Virus record (IMG/VR): IMGVR_UViG_3300037400_002094
Span: 1-64,000 of that record
Direction: 5' to 3' (one strand)
DNA: 64,000 bases
Source of the DNA: a virus
Taxonomy: Duplodnaviria > Caudoviricetes
Shown piece by piece: positions 8,515 to 18,987 of this stretch; position 1 is the stretch's first letter, and every line of letters starts with the position of its first letter. The translations under genes were made by a program, and so were the position numbers. The notes beneath the pieces were generated by a model. The model made no database searches and was not told the DNA's origin. It worked only from the letters and a program-made list of their open reading frames with translations.

Positions 8515-9852
8515 ATGTTAATACAACCAAAGCCATATATGGACAAGCTGAGGCTTCGTCGCCATGCTTACGGGACGGAGAGAAGGCGTAATATGTCGAA
8601 GCTAATCTTGGAGCAGGGAACGCCATTCCCAAAGCCAATAGAGTACTCCGACATAGACCAGGAAATGTTCAATTGGGTTGACAAGAAGTTTAACCTTGTC
8701 TATGACGGTGTGAGACTACCTACATACAAGCTGTATTCAACACAGAGGATAAGCGAGTACTCACAGACATGGAGTCAGACCGACGACTATGGAAATGTGA
8801 TAATGAATTTCAAGACCATTACACGTGAGAACAACCCACAGAAGGGTGAGAACCAGGGTAGCTACTTCAATATACCAGGTCACAAGGATTTCGCTATGTT
8901 CTATGTACCAGTATTACAGGAGAACGGTACTGAGGCTTATGACAAGTACACCATGAAGCAGCCGTTTACTGTCAATTTTATATATTCTGTATCAATTGTA
9001 ACGAATAAGATGGAGATACTGAATGAAATGAATGAGCTGATGCATTACGAATTTAATGCTATAACGGCTTATATTTCTCCTAATGGTCATCCAATGCCTC
9101 TTACCCTTGAAGACGTGTCAGACGAGTCAGAATACGCCATAGATGACCGTAAATACTACTCTCAGACATTCAAGATAAAGCTAAAGGGCTATATAATAAG
9201 GAGAGAGGACTATAAGGTTGAGAGAATACCTTCAAGACTTGTGATGACTTCACATGATTCTGACGCTACTGGCATAATCAACAGGAGGGGTAAGAACAGA
9301 AGAGAAGATGAGAAGGTTCACTTCGTAGAGGGCCTTGATGGAATGTTCACTGGAAACAAGATTGGGTTCTTGAAGAATGCATTAAAGAATGATGATGAGT
9401 GTGAAGTACCACCATTAAAGGATGTTACACCTCCACCACCAGAAATTCTTGAGGAGCTTGACGGTAACGATGAGTGTTGCCCACCACCAGACGACAGGTA
9501 CTTCTATAAGACCATGAAGGTAATCATGAATTTTGACGAATGTATACTTGAACTTACATTCAAGATTGATAAGGACATGGTGCTTGATTCAGTGGAGACA
9601 GAGAATGTATACGATTTCAAGATAATAGTCAACGGTGAGGTAATGAATCTTGACAATGGTATTACTTTCCTTAAGGATGATGAGATTACTGTAAGGATTT
9701 CAAGGGAGGACGAATTTGGCACGTCCAAATTGACTCTTGTTGGATACGACCCTCACACGAAGTTCGACAAGCTTGATGCACCAGAATCATCACTTGATGA
9801 GCCTTATTACAATGAGGAGATATTAATAGACCCATCAGACAGTGAAGAATAA
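8515..9852 (+). CDS. Putative virion protein (tail completion/terminator-like N-terminal half)
   Basis: 445 aa, late motif, upstream of the sheath gene; function inferred mainly from position. Confidence 0.5.
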   Translation: MLIQPKPYMDKLRLRRHAYGTERRRNMSKLILEQGTPFPKPIEYSDIDQEMFNWVDKKFNLVYDGVRLPTYKLYSTQRISEYSQTWSQTDDYGNVIMNFKTITRENNPQKGENQGSYFNIPGHKDFAMFYVPVLQENGTEAYDKYTMKQPFTVNFIYSVSIVTNKMEILNEMNELMHYEFNAITAYISPNGHPMPLTLEDVSDESEYAIDDRKYYSQTFKIKLKGYIIRREDYKVERIPSRLVMTSHDSDATGIINRRGKNRREDEKVHFVEGLDGMFTGNKIGFLKNALKNDDECEVPPLKDVTPPPPEILEELDGNDECCPPPDDRYFYKTMKVIMNFDECILELTFKIDKDMVLDSVETENVYDFKIIVNGEVMNLDNGITFLKDDEITVRISREDEFGTSKLTLVGYDPHTKFDKLDAPESSLDEPYYNEEILIDPSDSEE

Positions 9853-9928
9853 ATGGACGGTTTCTTGACCGCCCATTTTGTGTTTTCGGGTTTGGGTTAA
9901 TATTTATAATTAATAAAACAGTGTTACA

Positions 9929-10264
9929 ATGATTACAGTAGAGAAATTAATGATTATAGAAAGATTCCTGTTGGAAATAGAGAACAGGTTTAAGTTTGAC
10001 TTGTCTTTCGAGAATGTTCGTGTGTTATATGATTATTTAAAGACCGTTGGAAGGGTTACAAACCTTTTCTTTCAGCTCCAGGAAGAGTATTACAACAAGG
10101 TTAAGGACAAGGACAAACTCAAGGAGTATCACGATAAAATCGTGAAGGATGAAGTACATTTGGATGTGTCCAAAATAGTCAGATTCATTGACTGGATGAC
10201 TGATACCGTTGAGGATGAGGAGTTTAAAAATATTGTTGCAAAAAACAAGTTCTGGGGTAATTAA
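9929..10264 (+). CDS. Hypothetical protein
   Basis: 111-aa ORF, TATTTAT at 9901. Confidence 0.75.
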   Translation: MITVEKLMIIERFLLEIENRFKFDLSFENVRVLYDYLKTVGRVTNLFFQLQEEYYNKVKDKDKLKEYHDKIVKDEVHLDVSKIVRFIDWMTDTVEDEEFKNIVAKNKFWGN

Positions 10265-10328
10265 TGGGACACATTAAATATTTATATATAAGAAAAATAA
10301 CTAATAAAATTTAAATATTGTAAAAATT

Positions 10329-13300
10329 ATGGCAGATAATGCAAGAGGAATACATGTTTCACCAGGTATATACACCAGGGAAATTGACATGACTTACGCT
10401 GTACGTAGTCTTGGTATCACAACTCTTGGACTTGCAGGTGAGACCTTGAAAGGTCCAGCCTTCCAGCCAATGGACATTGCCAACTGGCGTGAGTTCCAGG
10501 AAGTGTTTGGTGGAACAAGTACTGAGAAATTTAAGGGAAGTCAGTATCCTAAATATGAGTTGCCTTACATTGCAAAGTCATATCTAACTGAGAGTGAACA
10601 ACTTAAGGTTGTTCGTGTGCTTGGTCTTAGCGGTTACAATGCAGGTCCTGCTTGGCTTGTTACAGCAAATAACCAGGTTGTAGCTGTTATCCGTTCACGT
10701 GGTACTTATAAGTCATTCCAGACAGGTGACACAACAGTTTGTCTTTGTGAGCCTTCAAAGTATGACGCATTGAGCTATTATGTTGGTGAAAGAGCTAATT
10801 GCGATAAGTCAACAGACTGTCTTAAGAAGGGATATAATCTTTCAGCTCTTAAGATTGAACCATACATCCCAATCGATAGCGATGGAGACGAGTGCTACGG
10901 CTATGAATTGGATAGTGGGGCAAGTAGCTTCAATATTTCACAGTACAATCATGGTAGATTCAAGATTGTAGGCGTATACGGACCACAGTGCGAGAGTGCT
11001 GTTACTGAGATAATGGCAGCTGGTGTAAGTGGTACATCTGAGCAGAGATTGAGTGCTATGACAAGAGGATATTTCGAATATCCAGTATCTCTTAACCCAT
11101 TCGATAAGGAATACATACTTAGTGTACTTGGTACAAAACCATACGACGGTGACGCTTATGTATATGTTGAGTCACTTTATGACGTTGCACTTAATGAAGG
11201 TATAGCAGATGGTAGACTTACCCATATTGATAGTGGAGAAACAGCAGTTTCTGGCGTGTCTGTAAGTGGTAATACCTCTTACGGTCTTAAAGGTTTCCAG
11301 GTTTATTATACAGCAGACTATTGTCATCACGAACCTGTTACAAGCATAGTTGCTAAACCAACCAATTCTCTTAGAAGAAAGAACGTTGGACAGAGATTCC
11401 TTGCTGACAAGGATGCTGCAAGTGACAGTGCATTCACATGTGTACAGTTTGACTATAGCACAGGAAATCCTTTGATGGTAGCATATTTCTCTGGTGGTAA
11501 TCAAACAGCTTCGGCTGTTACATTGACTCCAGAAAGTGCTTATACATATAGCAATAACGTGAAAGCTACTCCTGTTAACAGTTGTGCTTTGTCTGGTTTG
11601 ACAGACGCACAGAAGATTGCTCTTGTTTCAACTCCAATGGAGTTCAATATGATGGTTGGTCAGATTTATACTGTAAGGCAGTATACCACACAGGACGGTA
11701 AGAGACACTACTATTATGGTTTCTATGACCCTAAGAGTGTTAACAAGGTAATTGATACCTATGCTTCTGGAGACACAAAGTTATCTACTGACAAACCTCT
11801 TGACCCAACCAACATGTATGGAAACCTTCTTAGTGGCGGTACAAAGGGTATGGATGCAGCTTATAAGTTCCCTAGAATAGATGCTAAGACAGAGTTCGCA
11901 AAGCTTGTTCTTAATATGTATGACGGTCTTTACTACAGGATGAATGACGCTGCTAATGATGTCGCATACGTTCAGATTGACATGAACGACTATAAGTCAG
12001 CTTACAGATACGCTTCTACACCTTGGATTGTTTCTAACTTGAAGGGTGACTACAAGCACGTAGAGATTAACAAGTTGTTCAGATTCCACACCATTTCAGA
12101 TGGTAACAACGCAAACTACGAGGTTAAGGTATCTATCGAGAACATCAGACCAGATGACGGCGTATTTGACGTAGTTGTACGTAGAATCGATGACGTGGAT
12201 GAGTCAATCATCCCACTTGAGAGATTCGGACGTTGTTCTATGACTCCTGGTGATTCTAGCTTCATTGGCTATAAGATTGGTACATTTGATGGTGTATACG
12301 AGTCTAAGTCTAAGTATATCACAGTTGAGGTTATCGAATCTACAGCTACAAGAACTTCAGTTCCTGCTGGTTTCTTGGGTTATCCAGAGCCTCAGTTTAA
12401 CGGCCTTCCAGTTAGCGGAGATTCTTACAGTGGCTTGACACTTCCTACATTGTCATATAACAGATTCTTCAATCCAGAGGTGAAGAACAGGAAGCAGTAC
12501 TTCGGACTTTCTTCTTGGGTTGGCGTTGATATCGACAACTTTACCTTCAAGGGCAACAAGGCATATATCAATAACCCAGCGTTTATGACGAATGGCTTCC
12601 ACCTTGACTCAAGACTTGATGCTCTTAATGGTGGACTTGCTGATAACCAGTATACCGTTGATGGTGAGATTGGATATAAGTTCGACTGTGTGTCTACAGA
12701 CTCTAGAACGTCAACACTTCCAGGTACTCCACTTATCGGAACAGAGCAGGAAATGTACGGTTCAATATACGAGTATGTAAACCTTCGTAAGTTCACTGTT
12801 TACTTCTACGGTGCATTCGACGGATGGGACGATTACAGAGACGAGAGAACCAATACCGATGAGTACAAGATGTCTCAGTACAGAGGCTATGTAAACCAAG
12901 GTAGTGGTGAGGGTTATGCATTCAACAGAATCCTAAACCCAGAGGTAATCGGACTTAACCAGAACGGTATCACATCTGACTGGTACGCATACCTTGCGGC
13001 AATCAGACAGTTCTCTAACCCAGAGGCAACCGATATTAACGTATTCGCTACCCCAGGTATCGACTATGTGAACCAGAAGCTTCTTGTTAACGAGGCAATC
13101 GAGATGATTGAGGAAGAGAGAGCAGACTCTATCTACGTTATAACAACCCCAGATAAGCCAAGTGGTGCTGGTGATTACGTTGATGAGATGTACACTCCAG
13201 ACGAGGCTGTTATGAACCTTGAGGATTCTGAGATTGATTCTAACTACTCTTGTACATATTACCCTTGGGTTAAGTATTTGGATGTTGACAACAGTCAGTA

Positions 13301-13859
13301 TATCTACTTGCCAGCAACGAAGGATGCTGTTAGAAACTTCGCACAGACGGATAACACATCATGGCCTTGGTTCGCACCAGCAGGTATCGAGCGTGGTAAC
13401 GTTGACTGCGTAAGGGCACACTTCATCACCAAGTTGGCAGACGAGGATGTTCTTTACGATGGTAGAATCAACCCAATCAAGACATTCGCACAGGATGGAC
13501 CTAAGATTTGGGGTCAGAAGAACCTTCAGATTAACGAGTCTCAGCTCAACCGTATTGCAGTTCGTAGACTGTTGCTCAGAATGAGAAAGTTGATTGCAAT
13601 CTCTTGTATCGGACTTATCTTCGAGCCAAATGACCCAACTGTTAAGCAGTCATTCTTGTCTACAGTAACTCCAATCATGGATAACATCAGAAGCAACAGA
13701 GGTATCTCTGATTACAGAATCGAGATTAATGATACAATCGAGTCAAGAGAGAGAAGAGAGCTTCCAGTTAAGATTTACTTCAAGCCTTACAACGCTCTTG
13801 AGTACATTGTAATCGACTTCATCCTCACACCAGAGGGAGTTTCATTCGATGATATTTAA
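10329..13859 (+). CDS. Contractile tail sheath protein (T4 gp18-like)
   Basis: N-terminal SPGIYTREID, GETLKGPAF; C-terminal WFAPAG.RG, INPI, NRIAVRRLL, FEPND. Confidence 0.96.
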   Translation: MADNARGIHVSPGIYTREIDMTYAVRSLGITTLGLAGETLKGPAFQPMDIANWREFQEVFGGTSTEKFKGSQYPKYELPYIAKSYLTESEQLKVVRVLGLSGYNAGPAWLVTANNQVVAVIRSRGTYKSFQTGDTTVCLCEPSKYDALSYYVGERANCDKSTDCLKKGYNLSALKIEPYIPIDSDGDECYGYELDSGASSFNISQYNHGRFKIVGVYGPQCESAVTEIMAAGVSGTSEQRLSAMTRGYFEYPVSLNPFDKEYILSVLGTKPYDGDAYVYVESLYDVALNEGIADGRLTHIDSGETAVSGVSVSGNTSYGLKGFQVYYTADYCHHEPVTSIVAKPTNSLRRKNVGQRFLADKDAASDSAFTCVQFDYSTGNPLMVAYFSGGNQTASAVTLTPESAYTYSNNVKATPVNSCALSGLTDAQKIALVSTPMEFNMMVGQIYTVRQYTTQDGKRHYYYGFYDPKSVNKVIDTYASGDTKLSTDKPLDPTNMYGNLLSGGTKGMDAAYKFPRIDAKTEFAKLVLNMYDGLYYRMNDAANDVAYVQIDMNDYKSAYRYASTPWIVSNLKGDYKHVEINKLFRFHTISDGNNANYEVKVSIENIRPDDGVFDVVVRRIDDVDESIIPLERFGRCSMTPGDSSFIGYKIGTFDGVYESKSKYITVEVIESTATRTSVPAGFLGYPEPQFNGLPVSGDSYSGLTLPTLSYNRFFNPEVKNRKQYFGLSSWVGVDIDNFTFKGNKAYINNPAFMTNGFHLDSRLDALNGGLADNQYTVDGEIGYKFDCVSTDSRTSTLPGTPLIGTEQEMYGSIYEYVNLRKFTVYFYGAFDGWDDYRDERTNTDEYKMSQYRGYVNQGSGEGYAFNRILNPEVIGLNQNGITSDWYAYLAAIRQFSNPEATDINVFATPGIDYVNQKLLVNEAIEMIEEERADSIYVITTPDKPSGAGDYVDEMYTPDEAVMNLEDSEIDSNYSCTYYPWVKYLDVDNSQYIYLPATKDAVRNFAQTDNTSWPWFAPAGIERGNVDCVRAHFITKLADEDVLYDGRINPIKTFAQDGPKIWGQKNLQINESQLNRIAVRRLLLRMRKLIAISCIGLIFEPNDPTVKQSFLSTVTPIMDNIRSNRGISDYRIEINDTIESRERRELPVKIYFKPYNALEYIVIDFILTPEGVSFDDI

Positions 13860-13886
13860 ATAACTCTATAAAAAAGAAGAGGAAGA

Positions 13887-14447
13887 TTACTGGTCTTCCT
13901 CTTTTTTTATGTACTTAGGGTCTACGAATTCAGTCAGCCACACACCGTTGTTTGACAGGTAGAACTTCACACCGTCCTCGTACATCTTCTTGGTATCGAT
14001 GCTGAGGAGACATGGTGTGCCGTGTCTTGAACCGACATTGGTCGCAGTCTCAGTGTCCTTGGAGAGGTGTACGTAGAGTCTGCTACCCTTCTTTATACCT
14101 TCCCTTAATATGGCATCGATTACATTACTCGAAGTACCGTGATAGAGAATTGCTGGTGGTTCAGCCTCTGTAAGACCCACATCAACATTGATTGAGTGCC
14201 CCTGCCTTGCACGTATCTTTGTATGGTCTTCATTGAACTCATACCGCTTCTTGTTGTTCGTAGCGACAATCTCTTCAATAAGTCCAACGGAATAACCCTT
14301 ATCAGAGACCAGTTCGGACACGTTTCTCCAGCCATTGTGGTCAATAAGTCCATTGTCGAATGCCTCCTTATCGTGTCTTAGAAGGAAAGCTAATTCTTTA
14401 CCCTTTGTTGTTAATATTTCCTTTTTATTCATCATTATTTTTATCAT
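13887..14447 (-). CDS. kptA: RNA 2'-phosphotransferase (Tpt1/KptA)
   Basis: LRH, KKRYE, IRARQGHS, LYHGT, YVHLS, NGVWLT motifs. Confidence 0.95.
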   Translation of the reverse strand: MIKIMMNKKEILTTKGKELAFLLRHDKEAFDNGLIDHNGWRNVSELVSDKGYSVGLIEEIVATNNKKRYEFNEDHTKIRARQGHSINVDVGLTEAEPPAILYHGTSSNVIDAILREGIKKGSRLYVHLSKDTETATNVGSRHGTPCLLSIDTKKMYEDGVKFYLSNNGVWLTEFVDPKYIKKEEDQ

Positions 14448-14551
14448 TTAAAATTAATTCTGCTGCAAAGATAAGAAAAAATTCTGAATTATCCAAGGAT
14501 GCTACCTATTTTTAACTTTATTTAATATTTATATAGAAAATAAACGTTTAT

Positions 14552-14932
14552 ATGAAAAAGGATATTAAAACTTTAGTAGAAGAATTAAATAACCTCAAGA
14601 CACAGCTCTCTGAGTCATTCATATTTGAGGACTGGCAGGGTCAAATGGGACAGCCAACTATGGGCGCACCAATGCAGCAGGAGCAACCAGACCCATCACT
14701 TGTTAAGCCACAGCAGCAGATGATGATGGGACAGGGAGACTCTGAGGAAGAGATAGCAATGCATGCACAGGAGGTTATCCAGCATGAGCCAATCATTGGT
14801 AAGATTAGAGAAACAGCAATTGAGGGCCTGAAGAAGTATGCAGACCACCCAACAAGCTCACTTTATGAGTTCTTCAAGAAAGTGTTCTTGGAGTCGGATA
14901 AGGTATTAACTGATACTGGTGGAAAGAAATAA
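14552..14932 (+). CDS. Hypothetical late protein, Q/M-rich linker
   Basis: 126-aa ORF, TATTTAT at 14526. Confidence 0.8.
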   Translation: MKKDIKTLVEELNNLKTQLSESFIFEDWQGQMGQPTMGAPMQQEQPDPSLVKPQQQMMMGQGDSEEEIAMHAQEVIQHEPIIGKIRETAIEGLKKYADHPTSSLYEFFKKVFLESDKVLTDTGGKK

Positions 14933-14947
14933 AATAACAAATCAAAT

Positions 14948-15607
14948 ATGCGTTATAATATGTACAAATATAAAAAAATTAGAACGGCAAAACTTAGAGG
15001 TGATAATGAAAAACGTTTTAATATAGATGATTATAAAAAAAACAAAGATAGCGAAAAAAACGAAAGTAGAGTCGTGAATAAGAAACTTATAAGACTAACA
15101 GAGTCTGACTTGCATAGAATCATAAAGGAGTCTGTACAGAGAATATTAAGTGAAGTGGAAGACAATTACCCAAGATTAAGTGTAGAGAAAAGTCGTCCTA
15201 GTGACTTACCTCCTGGAGACCAAGACATATACTATCCTGGTGATGTAAGTCCAGAGGTGCTAAATTCATTATCAAATGGTGATTTTGGTCAAGAAGCCAC
15301 ACAGCCTACATATAAAGAGGGTGACATTGTTTATTGGATATATGCATATAGCAGCGTTTTCCCTAACTTCTACAAGGTAGTTAAGGTAGGACCTAAGTCT
15401 ATATGGATTGCGAAAATGGGTAGTAAACGTGATAATGTAACTATGGGATACGGCAGCTGGACAGCAGTACCAGACGAAAGCAATGTTTCAGATAAGGTAA
15501 AGCGCATTGCTTTAAGACCAAACGGAAAGGCTTATATCAATTATGTTGGGCATAAACAGTCGTTAGAAGTTTGGAAAGGAAATCCAATAAACTGTACGTC
15601 TGACTAA
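14948..15607 (+). CDS. Leader-motif protein (start may be GTG 15074)
   Basis: KKLIRLTESDLHRIIKESVQRILSE, then a C-terminal SH3/KOW-like beta domain (YKEGDIVYW..FYKVVKVGPKSIWI). Confidence 0.75.
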   Translation: MRYNMYKYKKIRTAKLRGDNEKRFNIDDYKKNKDSEKNESRVVNKKLIRLTESDLHRIIKESVQRILSEVEDNYPRLSVEKSRPSDLPPGDQDIYYPGDVSPEVLNSLSNGDFGQEATQPTYKEGDIVYWIYAYSSVFPNFYKVVKVGPKSIWIAKMGSKRDNVTMGYGSWTAVPDESNVSDKVKRIALRPNGKAYINYVGHKQSLEVWKGNPINCTSD

Positions 15608-15990
15608 ATCAGCGGTGTAAACAGTATAGCTACTATAATCCAGGTGGTGAAAATCTGTGACAGATGTACAGTCTGGTCTTGAACGAGGCTTATCTTGAAC
15701 TCATTTGCTTTTAAGTTGTCAACATAACAGTGTATCATCGTATTGATTACGAAGAAAGACCATATGATAGCACTTGGGGTTGTTGTAAAAATCATTACTG
15801 GGAGCAATATCATAATAGACCATGACATTGAGTGCATGACGAGAGCCATTAGGTAATCGTTCTTATACAAGTCTCTATAACCTCTCTGTTCGAGCCACCA
15901 TTTCTTCTGCTTCATGGAAGCAAGAATGCCTTGCAGGTAGTAGTCATCTACGATGTGTGCAAGTATCATCAACATTAAAACCTTAATCAT
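15604..15990 (-). CDS. DUF3307-like membrane protein
   Basis: AHIVDDYYLQ, H..H.YVD, DQTVH; hydrophobic. Start moved to ATG 15990 because the promoter box overlaps 16009-16016. Confidence 0.8.
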   Translation of the reverse strand: MIKVLMLMILAHIVDDYYLQGILASMKQKKWWLEQRGYRDLYKNDYLMALVMHSMSWSIMILLPVMIFTTTPSAIIWSFFVINTMIHCYVDNLKANEFKISLVQDQTVHLSQIFTTWIIVAILFTPLI

Positions 15991-16120
15991 ACTATTGAAT
16001 ATTTTATGCAAAGATATATAAAATAAATGATAAAAACAAATATTTTATATAAAAAGTTATATTTTGTATATTTATATTAAAATTGATAATAATAATCTAG
16101 ATTAAAAAATATTAAAAATT

Positions 16121-16609
16121 ATGTCAGATTTACTTTTGAAAATGCCGTTGAACTATGAGCCACTGAGAAAAAATAGATGGCTTCTTAGATTCCCAGCAGA
16201 CCTAGGTATACAAGAGTGGTGGTGTCAGAACGCAAAGCGTCCTTCTATCAAGCAGGAAGGCAAGCCAATTCAGTTCTTGAACACTGAGACATACGTTGTT
16301 GGACGTTATACATGGGACGAAATGCAGGTGACGCTTCGTGACCCAATTGGACCTTCTGCTTCACAGGCTGTTATGGAGTGGGTTCGTCTTCACTCTGAGT
16401 CAGTAAGCGGTAGACAGGGATACGCAGCTGGTTACAAGCGTGACGTTGAACTTGAGATGCTTGACCCAACTGGTGTTGTAGTATCTAAGTGGATATTAAA
16501 GAACACGATGTGTACACAAGCTGACTTCGGTGAGTTGGATTACAGCAACGATGACCTTGCAACAATCTCAATAACCTTGAGGTTTGATTATGCTATATTG
16601 GCGTATTAA
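16121..16609 (+). CDS. Tail tube protein (T4 gp19-like)
   Basis: YEPLRKNRW, GRYTW...TLRD, YKRD..LEMLDPTG, FGELDYS, LRFD. Confidence 0.92.
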   Translation: MSDLLLKMPLNYEPLRKNRWLLRFPADLGIQEWWCQNAKRPSIKQEGKPIQFLNTETYVVGRYTWDEMQVTLRDPIGPSASQAVMEWVRLHSESVSGRQGYAAGYKRDVELEMLDPTGVVVSKWILKNTMCTQADFGELDYSNDDLATISITLRFDYAILAY

Positions 16610-16725
16610 TTCTATAGGATGCTAAAAAATTAATAATAAGTGTGGGAAACTATTTGTTTCTTGCACTTATTTTTTTATTTTTTTAAAGAAAAGATATTGT
16701 TGGAAATGACATAGAAGCGAGAGTA

Positions 16726-16923
16726 ATGGTAAACCAAGATAAATATTTTAAACACATAGAGGGTATGCCACAGAACGATGCACTTAAATACCAGGGAAGA
16801 ATAGGTGCTTTCCTGGCTGAAAGCTTAACAAACATTTTTTTTATTCATAACTTTAAAAGAGTTGGTGCAGTAGATGCGGCTATTACAGAAAATAAATATA
16901 ATTTAAAATATAGCACAATATAA
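16726..16923 (+). CDS. Small hypothetical protein
   Basis: 65-aa ORF whose stop overlaps the next start (TAATG). Confidence 0.45.
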   Translation: MVNQDKYFKHIEGMPQNDALKYQGRIGAFLAESLTNIFFIHNFKRVGAVDAAITENKYNLKYSTI

Positions 16924-17669
16924 TGACAATAATAAAGCGTAAAAGATTTAAGAATATGTTAAGCGTAGAAAAAAGATTGGAAATGAAGATTAACGAGCAT
17001 AAGATGTTGATGAATACTCTTCACGAAATGTTTAGAAAAAACGATGTGCCTGGAAAGACATTGGAAATGATAAAGGCTGAAATAAACGACACAATTAAGG
17101 AGATTGAGGAATTGAGGAAGGAAGCCATGTTTAATACTAAGGCTGATACTATAAGTATGTTCGATGGTATCAAGAAGAATAGCGGCTGTTGTGGCTCTTC
17201 TACCAGCACATGCCACCATAACTATGGCTTGTATGACAATATTGCCAAGGGTAATGAGGCGAAACCAGTTAACCTTGATGCAGCTATTGCGAATACAAAT
17301 ATCCATGATATACTGTTTACTTCTGGATTCGTTGTAGAACTTGACGACCTTAATATTCCAAGCGATATGGTACAGTTTGTTACTTTCCTTGGCAAGGATA
17401 AGATTGAAATTGCGATAAACGATTTCATTACTACTATCTTTGGAAGGAGATACCCTATTCTGTCTGTCATAGAGGGTAACGTTGGAAGAAAGTTCACCAT
17501 GGCAATCAAGCGTATTAACCAAAATGGCGCTATAGTATACAAGGAAAAGTATGTGGGTTGTGAGATAGAAGGCTATTTCAGAAATTCACTTGAATATGCA
17601 AAGACAGACCCTAGTCAGATAATGCTTCAAATAAAGTTTGATGGTGTAAGCTATGAAACAGCCAATTAA
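16923..17669 (+). CDS. Coiled-coil protein with tail-tube-like C-terminal domain
   Basis: C-terminus INQNGAIVYKEKYVGC...SLEYAKTDPSQIMLQIKFD parallels tube LDPTGVVVSKWILKNT...LDYSNDDLATISITLRFD. Confidence 0.55.
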   Translation: MTIIKRKRFKNMLSVEKRLEMKINEHKMLMNTLHEMFRKNDVPGKTLEMIKAEINDTIKEIEELRKEAMFNTKADTISMFDGIKKNSGCCGSSTSTCHHNYGLYDNIAKGNEAKPVNLDAAIANTNIHDILFTSGFVVELDDLNIPSDMVQFVTFLGKDKIEIAINDFITTIFGRRYPILSVIEGNVGRKFTMAIKRINQNGAIVYKEKYVGCEIEGYFRNSLEYAKTDPSQIMLQIKFDGVSYETAN

Positions 17670-18138
17670 GAAGAAATCGTTAACAAAAAAGAAGACAATA
17701 AAGCCGAAACAAAAGTGGCATCACCCCAAGTTCGGTACGTCCAAGTTGGAAGAAGACTTCGCAAGAGATTTTCTGGTTAAGCTTGGGGTGAAATTTGTGT
17801 GGCAGTTTGAAGCTAAGGATATTGGCAGATTCTATGACTTTTATCTTCCAGAACATAATCTGTTGATTGAAATTGATGGTGGATATTATCATGCAGACCC
17901 AAGGGTTATTGGCGAGAATAAACTTAATCCAATGCAGATGAGAAATAAGAGAATCGATGAGTACAAGAATAGGTGGGCACTTGCTCATGGCATACCAATC
18001 ATCAGAATTTGGGAGAAAGATATACGTGAGAAGCCAATACAGGTATTGAATGAGCTTAAGAAGATTCTAGGCCTACAGGAGACAAAAATGTCACTCTTAG
18101 AAAATAAGAATAAAAGGCATAATAATAAAATAAAATAA
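17653..18138 (+). CDS. Vsr/DUF559-like PD-(D/E)xK endonuclease
   Basis: SKLE, YDFYL, LIEIDGGYYH, IRIWE. Confidence 0.85.
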   Translation: MKQPIKKKSLTKKKTIKPKQKWHHPKFGTSKLEEDFARDFLVKLGVKFVWQFEAKDIGRFYDFYLPEHNLLIEIDGGYYHADPRVIGENKLNPMQMRNKRIDEYKNRWALAHGIPIIRIWEKDIREKPIQVLNELKKILGLQETKMSLLENKNKRHNNKIK

Positions 18139-18171
18139 AAATCTACATATTTATTCATAAACTTTACAGAT

Positions 18172-18789
18172 ATGAAGGTTACGCTATATTTACCGTATTA
18201 CGATTACAATGACGGAGAGTTCGATGCTGATGACTCATACTATGGCGAGGGTGAATACACCAATGCCGTGTATGATGATTATATGAGGAACAAGGATATT
18301 GTAGAGAACACCATGTATCAGTACAAAAACGGCTCTAGGGACGTTTTTACAGGCTCAGATGGTAAGACATACAAGTTCGGTGCAAACGCCCAGCAGAAGG
18401 AAGATAAAGTGGCTTATTCATCATGTGAGGCTAGTCTCTATAATGAGGACGGAGAGGATGAGAGCGTAGATGGTATTATCCAGAAGTTTGCGACCCAGCG
18501 TGACTTTATTGAAATGTTGGAGCTTGATATGGATACGTCTGAGGAGGATTTCGAGACTGAGTATTCCATCTGGAGCAAGGAACATAAGAAAATAGATAGT
18601 TACAGGGGTAAGGCTGGTGATGCCTGGGTAGCATCAAAGCAGCCTAAGAGAAACGTTAAGATGCATTTCAAGAACAAGGCAAACGAGGATATCTATGCAA
18701 TCCTGGAAAACTGTAAGATTATGGATGATTTAGGTGGTGGTACTCTCATTGTATATGTTGAGAAAATAAGTTTAATTGATAAGATATAA
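18172..18789 (+). CDS. Acidic hypothetical protein
   Basis: 205-aa ORF, TATTTAT at 18148. Confidence 0.8.
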   Translation: MKVTLYLPYYDYNDGEFDADDSYYGEGEYTNAVYDDYMRNKDIVENTMYQYKNGSRDVFTGSDGKTYKFGANAQQKEDKVAYSSCEASLYNEDGEDESVDGIIQKFATQRDFIEMLELDMDTSEEDFETEYSIWSKEHKKIDSYRGKAGDAWVASKQPKRNVKMHFKNKANEDIYAILENCKIMDDLGGGTLIVYVEKISLIDKI

Positions 18790-18792
18790 GCT

Positions 18793-18972
18793 ATGGTTAA
18801 GGGAAGTTTCATGGAGGAATCAGACTTTAAGAAAGAGTTCGATAAACTCCATAAGCATATGGAAGAGATTCAGAACATGATTAACCGTCTTTCAACACGT
18901 ATGGATAATGTTGAAAACAGGGTTATTAAGGTTGAGGGTCTGATTGGAAGACTTGAAGGAAAAATAAAATAA
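18793..18972 (+). CDS. 59-aa coiled-coil protein
   Basis: Not in ORF track. MVKGSFMEESDFKKEFDKLHKHMEEIQNMINRLSTRMDNVENRVIKVEGLIGRLEGKIK fills the gap in the operon. Confidence 0.7.
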   Translation: MVKGSFMEESDFKKEFDKLHKHMEEIQNMINRLSTRMDNVENRVIKVEGLIGRLEGKIK

Positions 18973-18987
18973 TGAGAAGATATAGTT

